Assembly (NCBI GenBank): GCA_020137815.1
Contig: CM035352.1
Coordinates: forward strand, 8,184,001-8,248,000
DNA: 64,000 bases
Origin: Hormiphora californensis
Taxonomy: Eukaryota > Animalia > Ctenophora
Direction of reading: 5' to 3'
Positions 38,813-51,819 of the stretch are shown here, one piece after another. The position numbers and the translations under genes were made by a program. A model generated the notes under the pieces. It searched no databases. It was not told the DNA's origin and worked only from the letters and a program-made list of their open reading frames with translations. Each line of letters begins with the position of its first letter. Position 1 is the stretch's first letter.

Positions 38813-39763
38813 GCTATGAGAGGGGGCGGGGTGCCGATTGGCTGGGGAATCACGTGATTATTTTGGCGTTGTTGTATTCTCTCTCCCCTGATAGTAGTCT
38901 TCCGTTATAAATTTGCCTCCGTAATTGCATGGCGTCCTATTGTTTCACACCCCGGGCATGGCCCCTTCCCTCGTCGCTGTGTTGATTTGACACTTTGCCC
39001 CTCGCCAATACCTGGAATCACGTGACTGCAGGGGATAGAATCGTAGCAGGAAACGATCACAACCCTCTCTCCCCTTAACAACAAAGCCGCGGGACGCACC
39101 CTCCTCCTCTATCTCAGATAGACAGGTCCATCCTTTTGTGTGAATGCACCTCATTAAACTATCATATTATTACCCTAGATCATAATATATTGGAAAATGG
39201 GACGGAAATGGGGGAATTGGACGTTGACTTTTGGCCAAATATTGCACGACCAAATTCCCATATTTATTGCCATTTGCTCCTTGTCAGCATTAATGATGCA
39301 ACTACTGGCCCGGCACCATCATAACGCTGGGCTTTGAGGCCACAATTGTCACAAATGTAATTGGTAAACCGGATACCCCATAAATCCAGCTGCCTAAGAA
39401 ACTAATTTTGAACTCACTGACTCATTTCTCAGAAGTCACATTTTTGTGAATTTCTTCAGATTCAAATTAAGAAATATATGGTTTGAGTTGTTCCATGACT
39501 GGTTGGGGTTAATATTGGGAAAGCATACCATTAAAAAATACACGACGTGTGATCTAAGATTGCCCCATCTTCTATACAGTGCATCGTGTGTCGGCAACCC
39601 TCAAAGCGGTGAAGTGGTTGAGGAAGGCATATAAAGGAAGAGGGTGCGAGGGAGAGGGGGGAGGAGAGAGAGCGAGCTGCGGCGAGGGGAGCGCGAGATA
39701 GTATAGCGCCTATCTATAGCGATCTCTTCTCTCTCTCTCTCTCGCGCTATCTCTGCGAGCTCT

Positions 39764-39813
<50 letters not shown>

Positions 39814-41914
39814 TCACACACTCGATCTTACAACATCCTTCCCTTTTTTCACGTATGTTTCTCACCTCAAGCTCAAGTCATGAAATTGCTGAGCACAAGT
39901 TTTGAACCCTTTTGAGGCCCTGTCATTCGGCGGCATGCTACTGCTATTGCCACTGGTATAGCAATTTTGTATCCAAGCCATCATGTTCGGGGGGGGGGGG
40001 GGGGGGGGGGGGTGAAATACGAATACGTGAGAAAACCGGAAATTGTTTCAATGGTAGGATGGTGGCAAATTGGCGGTCGGGACATGACAAATGAAAAAAG
40101 GTGACGACATATATTTGATTCTGTATCGAATTTGAGTGTCCAACATGCAGCAGGGGGAGCATGGAGAGAGCGACTTATGAGTTGCCGATGGTATAGTCAT
40201 TTCAAACAGTTTCACGTCCCCGCCCAGTGCAGCAGCAGCTATAGTTCTACAGCTCTACTCAATTATAGATGGGTGGTCGCGGCAAACTGGCGCTTCTATT
40301 TTACTGGAAATGTTGTATTAGGTTGAGTCGCTTGACACTGTTTCCGTGCTCCGCATGTATGAACAATTCAAGTATTGGGTGCCATTTGCATGATTTGGAG
40401 TTGAGTCGCCTGACAGTGTGACAATGTGTTCCGTAACAAAGTATCACGAACAAGGAGACAAAACAATCCGTTCCCAATCCCAACTGGATGGTTTTATTGG
40501 TTGCAATTACAACTTTACTTTTATAATCCAAATCGGGTATTTATTGGTTCAGTTTGCTGTTTAGTGTTTGGTCTGTCGGTAGTCGTTGTTGGTGGTCGGC
40601 TTGATATTCATATTGAAACTACATGGGACATGCTCATTGAACGCATGGTACTTCGCGATTACCAATATATTGTAATATAATATTATAAACCATACGAAGC
40701 TTCGTATGGTTTATAATCAAAATAACGCGTGCCTCCCGGTATCTTTTTATACCTTTCATTGCTCTAGCTTCGAAGAGGTTAAAGTCTGACAGTCTCTACT
40801 CTATCCTCTGATGTAGAGTCTGAACTCTGTCCCTGACTAATCCCTCAGTCACTGACCCTTATAAAGACAGAGACGGAGAGATGGTAGGGAGAGACAGAAA
40901 GAGACAGATAAATCTCAAGATACAGAGACAGTGAGACAGGGTAAAGAGAGGGAAGCAGAGCGAAAGATTGGTCAGGGAGACAGTTCAGAGAGACAGAGAC
41001 TTAACTACATAACTGTATATGCACAAACTCGTCCAGGGTGTCAGGGGCCAGGGGCGGCAGCCTCGGTCAGGGGTGTTGTGTCCGCTATCGTTTGTGTTAT
41101 GAGTGTGATCGTGGTGAATGTTAGTGGCTGGTGACCAGTGGCGTACCTTGTCTCTGTCTGCTGTTTTGCTGTTCGGCTGTAGTAGTAGTCGTAATAGATA
41201 CAAAGAGTTTGGGAGTTGTATCAAGTAATGTTTTAGACAAATGTACAAATAGCAATTCTCGATTCAATACGTTACAAATCACGAAGTCAGTAAACTGTAT
41301 ATAGATATGTGTGTGTTGTTTGTCTCTCAAATGACTGGTGTATTTATACTGCTCCGTCTCGTGCTGGGTTCACACTAATGACCTGATTGGTGACTACAGC
41401 TTCACCATCACGAGCGGTTAACTGTGATCATTTCGGCGAGTTATCTCTCTGAGCTATCGCCTCAAATGTTTACACAAATGTGATCATCGGACCCACAACT
41501 CCTGAGTCATAGCTGACTTCTATCTCTAGGTTTCTACGTGACATGTTTGCACCGCACATGATAATTAACTAATCGATTAACTAATCGATTTAACTAATTG
41601 TTCCCGATGTTCGGTCACGGTCCGATGCAACCAATTTCAGCTAACTAAGATACGGTATGATCTTTTGATCCTACAGGGGGTATGGGGGGGGGGGGTGAAA
41701 CCCCCCCATCGCAGGGTCCAGGGGCGCAGCCCCGGCGGGGGTGTAGGGGGCAGAGCCCTCGCAAGTAGGGTCCAGGGGCTGCAAACCCCGGTAGGGGTCA
41801 AGGGGGCAAAGCCCCCTGGAAAATGTTGGGTTTTTGAGGGCAATTTTGTCAATTTGAGACAGTTTTAGACCCTAAAACGCAATTATCAAACTGTTCCATC
41901 AAGCTGATCGAGTA

Positions 41915-42160
41915 GGTCCTACGTAGGTCCTACGTCTATAATAGTACGTCTGATACGTGTCTTTACTACATCTTTACTACGTCTATAGTACGTCTATAGT
42001 ACGTCTATAATACGCTTTTATCGTCGGTAAGGCGTCTTTACTACGTCTATAAGACGTCTATAGTACGTCTGGGTACGTCTTTAGTACGTCTTGACTACGT
42101 CTGTCGCTAGTACGTCTGTCGCTAGTACGTCTGTCGCTAATACGTCTATGGTACGTCTTC
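41915..42160. repeat. Degenerate tagtacgtct tandem repeat
   Basis: Recurrent tacgtct core. Confidence 0.7.
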
Positions 42161-43299
42161 CGCTAATTGGTATTTGCCGAGAGAAAGGGGTAACCATGTG
42201 TAGAGTTAATCGCAATGAGTCTCATACACATTGGGTTCGATGATCGATCGTTTGCCCCCGCTGTTGGGGAACTGGGGTCTGGGGTAGTGGCCGGGTAGGC
42301 AATAAGTAGCCAGCGGCCAGCCGTCAGCGAATCCTCATCAATCCAAGGAGTCCCGAGAAAGAGCGCATGTTTGGAACGCGTGCCGACATGTGAGTGGTAA
42401 ACTGTGCGCGGCTCTTATAACGCGCAAATAAACTTTGCGCCAACTTTAGCGCCGCGCACTAAAATTGCAATGCCAAGGCCAGAAAAAACGTTAAAAGGCC
42501 AGCGTTAAAATCTGGGTTGAAAAGCGCTGCCTTATCCCGCGCTGCGCGTGGCGCAGAACAGCAACGTTTGCCAAAAATCTGGGTTGAAAAGCGCTGCCTT
42601 ATCCCGCGCTGCGCGTGGCGCAGAACAGGGATAAGGAGGGAACACCGCGCATGTACAGGATCCTGTCCCAAGTCATTTTGACCATGTTCCGGAGGTCCTA
42701 CAATCACCAAATGTTGGGAATTGGTAGCATTTGACATGAATTTGATGACTATCTTTTCAATTTTGGAAATCGATCACTTTTGCACGCGCAAATGTAGAGC
42801 CGCGCACACTATTTAATATTGCTAACGCGCATGTGTTAAAGTGAGCCGCGCACCAATTTCAAATGATTCTGGGAAAAAAATCATTCGATTTCTACTGGTT
42901 CGACCCAAATCCAATATGGCCGACTCTCAGTTTGGGAAAACCCAAAGAAAATTGTTAAGTTGATTTGAATAGAGTACTTACTTCCTCCCGTGTTATGTAA
43001 TTCATGAGGGCAAAGACCTATAAATTGCCTTAGCTAATAAGGATATGCTCCAATCCGTTAATATTTAGCTTAATCAAGTTCTACGGTGAGTTTTAGGACA
43101 GATGCACCAACCGGGAGGTCATGTTACGCCAAGAAAGTGTGTCAGAGTTGTCACTGAGTCAATTTTCCGGCAGTATATTTCGTCTCTTGCGGTGGGAAGT
43201 CTTTGGAAGATGTCCCCAGAGGTCTGAGGTGCAGCTGCAAGGGATGTCGTGACGGGGAAGTGGGAACTCTCGGTGAGGGCCAAACGAACCTTTCCCATC

Positions 43300-45165
43300 C
43301 GATCAATCCCCCTCTTTTCGCTAAAGAATGAGTTTCCCCAAAAAACCCTCCCCTTGCCAAAAAAAACTCAGGCCCCCCAACCCTCTAACTACCCCCCAAA
43401 ACAAAAGAAAAAGAGAGGACTTTTTTTTTTAAACCCCCACCACCCCAAAAAAAGAAAAAAAATTTTCCATATTTTTTTCCGTATTAACCCCCCTTCATTT
43501 TCCCTTTTTCCTTCATCTTCCTCGGAGTTAAAGTCAAAAATCCCCCCCGTTGATCCCCTGCTAAGTCGAGTAAAGGTAGTATCAATTTAGTCTCTCTCTT
43601 TTCTACTAACCCTTTTACCCCTCCCCGGATTCCCAATAGAACGGGTGGGAAAAATTTTGATTTAAATTTTGGTGATTTATCAAAATAAAAAGATTCATAG
43701 AATTTTATATAGGAACCTGAAAAAAGTGAGGGGGCCCCCTTGGGCATCTCGGGGGAATGTTTTTTTCTAACACTCCCCCAAAAACCCCCTTCTTTTCCCT
43801 AAACCCCCCCCCCAAAAAATTCCCCTTTTAAAACCCCCCTAAAAAAAAAAATTAATCTTTCCCCTTTTTAAAAACCCCCCCCCTTTTTTTCCCCCCTTTC
43901 CCCCCCAAAAATTTTCCCCCGGGGGAAAACCAAAAACCCCAAAAAAAACCCAACCCCCCTCCCCTTCCCTTAAAAAACAAAAATTTCAAAAAGGGGAAAA
44001 GTCCCCTTCTCAAAAGCCCCCCCTTTTTAAACAAAAAAACCCCCCCCCCCCTTTCCCCACCCGGGTTTTAAAAAACCCCAACCCGCAACCCCCCCCCCCC
44101 AAAAAAACCCCCCCCCAAAAAACAGGGCCCCAAAAGGGGGAGCGCCGGGGGAACCACCAGCGGGGGAAAACGGGGGGAAAAAAACCCCCCCCCTTTTTCC
44201 CCCCTGGGCCATCTCTTTATTTTCTAATTGTTTATCCTTTCCTTTCAAATTCGGTAAAGGGGAAACCTTTCCCCAAAAGGGGTTTTTTTTTCTGAATTAA
44301 TTTTAACCCTTTTTACCAACATTTAGTAATAAAAGGAGGGGGGGAAAAGAAACAAACCCCCCCAGAAAAATACTTGCAAACTAAAGGAGGAGTTTCCCCA
44401 TTTAAAAATTCTCCAAACCCGGTACCCCGCCCCTCAATTTCCCAAAAAGTCCCCCCGATTAGAAAAACCCCCGCCCACAATTTTTAAACATCAAAAGGTT
44501 GGGGGTTAAAGGGGGGAAAAAGGGAAAGGCCGGGGAGAGGAGGAAAAGAGGGGAAAGGGGGAAAAGGGGAAAGGGGAGAAGGAAGACGACCCAAGTAAAA
44601 AGGGGGGGGGTTTGGGGGAAAGGGTATAGTGGGAAAAGGGGGAAAGGAGGGGAGGGGGAAAGAGAAGAGGTGAGAGAGGAGAAGAAGGGGGGAGAGGGGA
44701 GAGAGGGAAGGGGGGAGAGGAGAGAGAGAGGGAAAAGGAGAGAGAGAGGGAGGAGAGGGAGAGGAGAAAGAGGGGAGGGGAGAGGGAGGAAGAGGAGGGA
44801 GGAGAGAGAGGGGGTGTGTGTGGGTGGGTGGGGGGGGTGTGTGGTGTGTGTGTGATAGAGAGGGGAGATCCCAGAAAAGAGGGGGGAGGGGTGAAAGGAA
44901 TAAACTACTAGAGAAAAAAAGGGGGAGATTAAAGAAAAGAAGAAGGATCTAAAAAAATTAACAACTAGGGACGGGCCTCGGGGACAGGCAAAAAAAAAAA
45001 CCAAACCCCCAAAATCGTGGTAATCTTGGGGTTTTTGACTCCTATTACCCCCCTTATCAAACCCCCTTCCCTTTTTTTCATTTTCCCCACCCCCCCCATT
45101 TAAACCCCTTTTTTCATTTTTCTCCTTGCCCCCCCCCATTTCCCCTTTCTTCCCCTGGTCCTGCA
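43300..45165. other. Homopolymer-rich low-quality stretch, probably a sequencing artefact
   Basis: Abrupt switch to runs of A/C/G/T with no coherent coding or repeat structure. Confidence 0.7.
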
Positions 45166-45279
45166 TCATGCCCCGTCCTGTACTGAATCCATCTCCCCTT
45201 CTATCTCCGCCTCTGTCTCCCCCTCCTTCATTTCCTCATAACATATGTTTGTTCATAAGTCGTATACCCATGCATATTC

Positions 45280-45815
45280 CCTGTCTTCTCTCCCAAACGT
45301 CACGCTGTCTTCTCTCCCAAACATCACCCTTTCATCTCTCCCAAACCCTCTCCCTATGTTCTCTCCTAAACGTCACGCTGTCTTTTCTCCTAAACCCCAC
45401 CCAGCACCTTATCTTATCTCCCAAACCTCGCCCCATATTCTCTGCCAAGTGTTCTATTTGTCACTGTAATCTAAATAGTAAATACCTTGACAGTCTAGTA
45501 AGTAGTAGCTAGGGTATTTTATGATCTTATTTCTCACCCTGTCTTTTCTCCCAAACCTCACCCTGTATTCTCTCCCAAACGTCCCCCAAACGTCACCCTG
45601 TCTTCTCTCCCAAACGTCACCCTGTCTTCTCTCCCAAACGTCACCCTTTCTTCTCTCCCAAACGTCACCCTGTCTTCTCTCCCGAACCTCACCCTGTATT
45701 CTCTTCCGAACCCCACCCAGCACCCATGTCTTCTCTCCCAAACCTCACCCTGTCTTCTCTGCCGAGTGTTCTGTTTGTCACTGTTATCTGGATACCACAG
45801 TAGCTAGGGTAGTTT
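45280..45815. repeat. 24-bp minisatellite cgtcaccctgtcttctctcccaaa in two related blocks
   Basis: Tandem units. Both blocks end in tgtcactgt...agtagctagggta. Confidence 0.8.
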
Positions 45816-46130
45816 GTGATCTCATCTCTCTCCACCTCTCAGGTCCCTGGTCCCAGTTTAATGATTGGTTACGATCCGAAAGTGGGACAGATGCAGTTAA
45901 ATGCCGCATTCGTATCGGCATACATCGGGTTGTCGTCAAATAAATATATGAACAATAGTGCTGATACTACTGATAGACTTGGTGATATCCCGGTGATATT
46001 TTATTTATTTTATAAATCTTTGCAGTGATATTTTATTAATTTTATAAATCTTTGCGGGTTGAAGAGAATGCCACTTCCCAATTGCTCGCAGCAATTATTT
46101 GCTGGTACACGTACTAAATTCAGGGATAAG

Positions 46131-46808
46131 ATTATATATACCCTGCTAACTTAAATAATGCGCCAGTGGCGAGAAGTCCCACTAGCGCGCTCTCAGTAAA
46201 CAGCCAGTCCAGCGGCAGATTATTTCCCACTGGCAGGTTATTTATTTTTAACTCCTACGTAACATTCAAAGTGTGTGTAAATGATCAGTTCTTACTAAAA
46301 TACAGAGGGAACACTATGTGCAATACTTACACACTACATTGGAGAGAAAGAAAGGACACATTCCGTCAATTACTCTCTCTTTATCTCCCCTTTTGTCTCA
46401 CTATCTCTTTCTCTGTGTTATTTGTGACATGCCCCTTATCAGGCTATTTCTTTCACTCTCTTTCCTTAGCAACTGCTTAGTAACTGTTACCAAACAGTGT
46501 ACACTCAATTGTGACGTGTTTTTAACTATTTCTCAGTTCTCTTTGTGTGTTTTGATTAGTGTTCTCTCTCTTGTTGGTGTGTAATACTTGAAATAAACAA
46601 CTAAAGCAGGGTATATAACCCATAAACTCTGACCACTGGAACGTTATAGGTTTAAACCCCTCCGCCTCTCCCTCGGCTCCGCCTCGGGATCGTCGTCGTG
46701 ATTTAAACCAGTTTATCCGCCAGCGGCGGATAAACTCCAGCTAACTTCTCCCAGCGGCGCGCTGGGAGAAAGTTATCTGAAATAACGCGCCAGTGGCCAG
46801 AGTTTATG
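46131..46808. mobile_element. Structured repeat, copy A: long-range inverted repeat plus a 3' multibranch hairpin
   Basis: tatataccctgct / agcagggtatata enclose the body. 46621-46808 folds into an outer stem with three hairpins. Homologous to 51100-51786. Confidence 0.65.
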
Positions 46809-47111
46809 CCTCATGTACATCTCATGTGTTATTTTGTTGTATTGGCCACTAAAACCATTTTGTATCAGTTTATTTCCGGCATGGTGGGGGATTCAACCTG
46901 CCCCTCGTCTTTGATTCAAGGCCAAAGATACATTGTTTAGGGATGTAATTGTCACAAAATGGGACTCTGTCTCAGTTCACGAACATGCTTTGCGTAGCGC
47001 GCGGAGTGGAAAAATAGCCTTTGCGCACAGAGCAAAGTTTGTCAGCATCGGAATTTACACACACACACTTTGAACAGTGCGCGCTATAGACTACTGGCCC
47101 CTATCGGGGGC

Positions 47112-47370
47112 CAGCAACGTTTGCCAAAAATCTGGGTGTTTCGTGAGTGCTGACAAATGGTTTTTTAGGGTTGGGGCTAAAGTAGGGTTAGGGTTAGGGG
47201 TGGGGCTTGTGTTGGGGTTAGGCCTTGACATTTTCTACCAGATAAACTTTGAATTAGCCAAAGCGGTTGAGTGGTTTGGCGGTTAGAGCCCTTTTAGTGA
47301 ATCAACTTTTTTGGCAGCACGCACCTGTAAACAGGCCACGAAACACCCAGATCGTAACGGCGCCCACGTT
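47112..47370. mobile_element. Small element with subterminal inverted repeats and a TTAGGG-like core (Helentron/HINE-like)
   Basis: atctgggtgtttcgtg (47130-47145) and cacgaaacacccagat (47337-47352) surround degenerate (TTAGGG)n. Its 5' end is shared with ~42559-42585. Confidence 0.5.
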
Positions 47371-47541
47371 AAAATTTCGGTGTTGTTGTTTTAAGGTTAA
47401 ATAGGGCCGACAATTGGTGTATGGAGTTCAATTTTTGTGCACTTGACAGGTCCCTTGAGGGTCTTTTTAACCTTGTTAATATTTCAAACGATTACCAAAC
47501 CGATAAATTGTTCCCGAATCCAATTCTTGTAGGACACCATA

Positions 47542-50500
47542 ATGGATATTCCACCCGTCGATCTGCCCGAGGAGCCAGTCGTTACAGAAGAGAAAGGATA
47601 CCTTCAGTCAGTTGCCACTAACCAGTTTTTCGCTGCCGGATGTGGTCTAGGGTTATTAGGTGGTGGTACGGCTGCCCTTAGGAAACTGACTGCTGTGGGA
47701 TTATCCGTAGTTCGACGCAGGTAAACACTTTCAAGATTCGTATACTGAATTATATACACATTTACTGGTTAGTGTAAGATATGCACTTAATATACCACTC
47801 AACGGTAAAAAATACACACAAAAAAGGTGCAAACGCTCTCACTTATCACTTTCTCAAGTGGATAGTGCTGTAGTAATATGATCTGTAATATGATCTGTTC
47901 AGAATGCTCGTGTCAGTAGAACTCAACTCAAGAGATCCCTCATACTATTGGTTTCTTGACTGGATGGGGAACAATATAAAACATACGCAGCATCTGAGTG
48001 TATCAACTGACTATCAGAAACACGATAATGGATCAGTGACTTCCAGTTTTGGGTTCCTGCCTAGCACAGGTTTGTTATGTTCTAACCCTCCTTTACATTT
48101 GCCGTCATGGAGTGCTAGGAGTAAGTGTCGAACAAGGCAAGCACAGGTTACAATGCGATGTTTTCAATTTCACCCCTTATCCGATCGTGTGTCTCTAGGT
48201 TCCCTCCCCTTCTCAGATTATGTGTCTCTAGGTTCCCTCCCCTTCTCAGATTATGTGTCTCTAGGTTCCCTCTCCTTCTCTCAGATTGTGTGTCTCTAGG
48301 TTCCCTCCCCTTCTCAGATTGTGTGTCTCTAGGTTCCCTCTCCTTCTCTCAGATTGTGTGTCTCTAGGTTCCCTCCCCTTCTCAGATTGTGTGTCTCTAG
48401 GTTCCCTCTCCTTCTCAGATTGTGTGTCTCTAGGTTCCCTCTCCTTCTCTCAGATTGTGTGTCTCTAGGTTCCCTCCCTCTTCTCAGATTGTGTGTCTCT
48501 AGGTTCCCTCCCTCTTCTCAGATTTTGTGTCTCTAGGTTCCCTCCCCTTCTCTCAGATTTTGTGTCTCTAGGTTCCCTCCCCTTATCCGATTGTGTGTCT
48601 CTAGGTTCCCTCTCCTTCTCAGATTGTGTGTCTCTAGGTTCCCTCTCCTTCTCTCAGATTGTGTGTCTCTAGGTTCCCTCTCCTTCTCTCAGATTTTGTG
48701 TCTCTAGGTTCCCTCCCCTTCTCAGATTGTGTGTCTCTAGGTTCCCTCTCCTTCTCTCAGATTTTGTGTCTCTAGGTTCCCTCCCCTTCTCAGATTGTGT
48801 GTCTCTAGGTTCCCTCTCCTTCTCAGATTGTGTGTCTCTAGGTTCCCTCCCCTTCTCAGATTGTGTGTCTCTAGGTTCCCTCCCCTTCTCAGATTGTGTG
48901 TCTCTAGGTTCCCTCTCCTTCTCAGATTGTGTGTCTCTAGGTTCCCTCCCTCTTCTCAGATTTTGTGTCTCTAGGTTCCCTCTCCCCTTCTCAGATTTTC
49001 TCTAGCTTCCATCCCTTTTCAGGACGTCACTACTTCAAGTTTAATGGAACCTATATGATGTGTGAACGGACGAGAGATACCAACACACTAGCCCGATCTG
49101 GTCAGATATGGGAAAGCGTTGTTATTACTATGGTCGGGTGGAAGAAGAGCATATTATTAGGTAATTAGGTATTGAAATTATGTTTTGCAATATATGGCGT
49201 GTACGTCTGAAAACTTTAAAGTTTATAATCATTGCCTGTTAGATTTGATGGAAGAGGCTAAGACGAGTGCTATACAGTCGATAGAAGGACGGACTATAGT
49301 CTACACTGCCATGGGTAGGTGTCTATTTGATCATCGTTATTAGGTTGGAATTTAGTTAAATTCATGATACATTAATCTTTGATACCTTAAATTCACACGA
49401 TTTGTTATCCACTAATTTCCACTTTTAGGCCACGAATGGAAACCATTTGGTAATCCGTTACGGCAACGACCCGTCAACAGTATATACCTGCCCAAGGAGG
49501 TCCGATCACGGGTTTTAGGAGATGTGAAGGAGTTCCTGTCGTCACAAGATTGGTTAGTGGTTTAGTGGTTGGTGAGAGCGGTTGGTGCTATTGCAGCCTT
49601 GTTAGTTATTGATTTAGTGGTTGAGAGGTGGTAACCGTACCTTCTCACTTTGTCTCTCACTTGTGGGACCCGGTGGAACAAGGCTAGCCATTATACCAAC
49701 ATGAATTGATCCTTCCTTCTCACCATAATACTAACCAGGCGTATCGATACACAGTGCTGATCCCTCCTTCCCCAAGGTATGTGGATCATGGTGTACCATA
49801 CCGACGTGGTTATCTGTTTTATGGGGAACCGGGGTCAGGGAAAACCAGCTTTATACACGCTCTAGCAGGTATATGGTATATTGAATAACTAATTCTGAAA
49901 CACCCAGAATGCTGTTATGTTCTAAAGAGATGCTCACACAATATCCGCTAATTGTTCGTCGATCCTTTGTTTGTCTACGTTTCTCCTCATATGTTACAAA
50001 AAACGGTAATATGGTAGTTCTGGGCTGAACATTTTCGACCGCTTTAAAGCGCTTTAAAGCGTTTGAGAAAGCGCTTTATAGCGCTATAAAGCGCTTTCTC
50101 AAACGCTTTAAAGCGCTTTAAAGCGGTCGAAAATGTTCAGCCCAGAACTACCATATTACCCAAAAAACACTCTTTTTTTCGTGAAAGCTGGGACTTGTTT
50201 GACAATGCAATGCTACAATGTACGACATGATATTTCCAGGTGCTATCGGTTACAACATTTGTGTGGTTAACTTGTCAGAGAAAACGTGGACAGATGATCG
50301 GCTGGCTTACCTTTTTGCAAACTGTCCCAGCAGAAGGTAACCATCTTCTTGTGATAACAGTAATCGAGTGGTTGTGAGAGAGATATTAGCATTTTGGTCA
50401 TAACTAACATATATTCTCCCAACAGTATTCTGCTGCTAGAAGATGTCGATGCTGCATTCATTGACCGTCAAGCTGATATCCCTCGAGGTTACACCAGAGC

Positions 50501-50975
50501 TGATGCTCACCTTCTCCTATCATACAGTGGGCTACTAAACGCTCTCGATGGGGTAGTTAGTAGTGACGCCCAGCTAGTGTTCATGACCACAAACCATAAA
50601 CAGATGCTAGATCCAGCTCTAATAAGGCCCGGGAGAGTTGACGTACAGGTAAACAAGGGTTTGAAGTTACTTTTTTGAAGTTACTTGATAGATTACAATT
50701 AATATTTTTCACTTTTCAACAATTTCTACGAATATCAGGAATACTTTGGGAACGCCTGTACTGAGCAAGTTGATGCAATGCTCCGACACTTTTACCCGGA
50801 TGTACCTGCTGAAACAGCGGCCGAGTTTTCTGCTCTTATCCCGAGCAACACCATCAGTATGGCCGAGTTACAGGGCCATTTCCTGCTAAACAAGGACAAT
50901 TTAGAGGGGTTGATCGGGAGTGTTCGGAGTCTTTATCTTCCGGGTGGGGTCGACAAGCAAAGACTTGAATCGTGA
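47542..50975 (+). CDS. BCS1L: Mitochondrial chaperone BCS1 (AAA ATPase), ~9 exons
   Basis: [10 protein letters not shown]; [12 protein letters not shown]; [15 protein letters not shown]; [24 protein letters not shown]; [11 protein letters not shown]; [10 protein letters not shown]; FMTTNH...[12 protein letters not shown]; [10 protein letters not shown]. Confidence 0.95.
48180..49000. repeat. 33-35-bp minisatellite (tctcagattgtgtgtctctaggttccctcccct), ~24 units, in BCS1 intron 2
   Basis: Tandem units. Confidence 0.95.
50005..50160. mobile_element. Perfect 156-bp palindromic MITE, Merlin-like
   Basis: Palindrome with no spacer, centred at 50082/50083. Termini GGTAA...TTACC. 8-bp TSD caaaaaac at 49997-50004 and 50161-50168. 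Confidence 0.85.
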
Positions 50976-51099
50976 AGTATTGTATAGACTATAGATATTA
51001 ACTTATTACTTTTGTACTGTTTTGACACACGTTTGGTGATAAATATCATGTTGAATTTCGACTATATCGAATACAGTTCAAGGTTCGAACAACATTTAA

Positions 51100-51786
51100 C
51101 TATGAAACCCGATAGTTGATTTATCAGTCGTTTGAACATTTTACGCGCACACGTTAACTGCGAGATGGGAGATTTAACACCCTGCTCGCTCTTTATCAGA
51201 CCAGTGCCCATTTTCACGCGTTTCTCTTCATTTCCATAACATGCGTGTAAATTTCCAAGTAATGAAAATGTGTGTAAACACACAGTTCTGTCAATAACAG
51301 AGAGGGGAACACATCTGCAACACTTTTCAATGTTATCTCTCTCATCAAGAGGCAAAATAGTCGCATTCCATTCGTTTCTCTCTCTCATTCTCTCTTTTAC
51401 TGTTCAATATCTCTCACTGTGTGTTTTGCCCCTAATCTTTCTCTCTCTTTCTCAAACATGTTAGGAACAGTAGACACTAAGTCTACACACATTTTGAGAG
51501 TGTCTGTTGACTATTTGCCAGTAGTCCTTGTGTGTTACCCCTTGTGTTGTGTCTCTTATTTGTGTGTAATTACTATCGGGTTTCATAAACTATGAACGTT
51601 TGTTAGCCTATCTCGTTATAGGTTTAAATCACCTCCCCCTCACCCTCGGCTGGCGCCTCGGGATCGGCGTCGGGATTTAAACCAGTTTAATCGCCCTGCC
51701 GGGCGATTAAACTCCAGTTGGCTGTCCCCAGCTCGCGCTGGGAACAGCCAACTTGATAACGCGCCAGTCTACAAACGTTCATAGTT
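51100..51786. mobile_element. Structured repeat, copy B
   Basis: tatgaaacccgatagt / actatcgggtttcata inverted repeat. 51588-51786 has the same fold as copy A with compensatory changes. Confidence 0.65.
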
Positions 51787-51819
51787 CATTTAACCTTTAA
51801 CTTGTAACCTCATTTTAGG

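Noticed and set aside
43300-45169. Gly/Phe/Lys/Pro-rich ORFs
   Set aside because: They arise from homopolymer-rich, probably low-quality sequence
47165-47222. True telomere or fusion site
   Set aside because: Short, degenerate and enclosed in a small dispersed element
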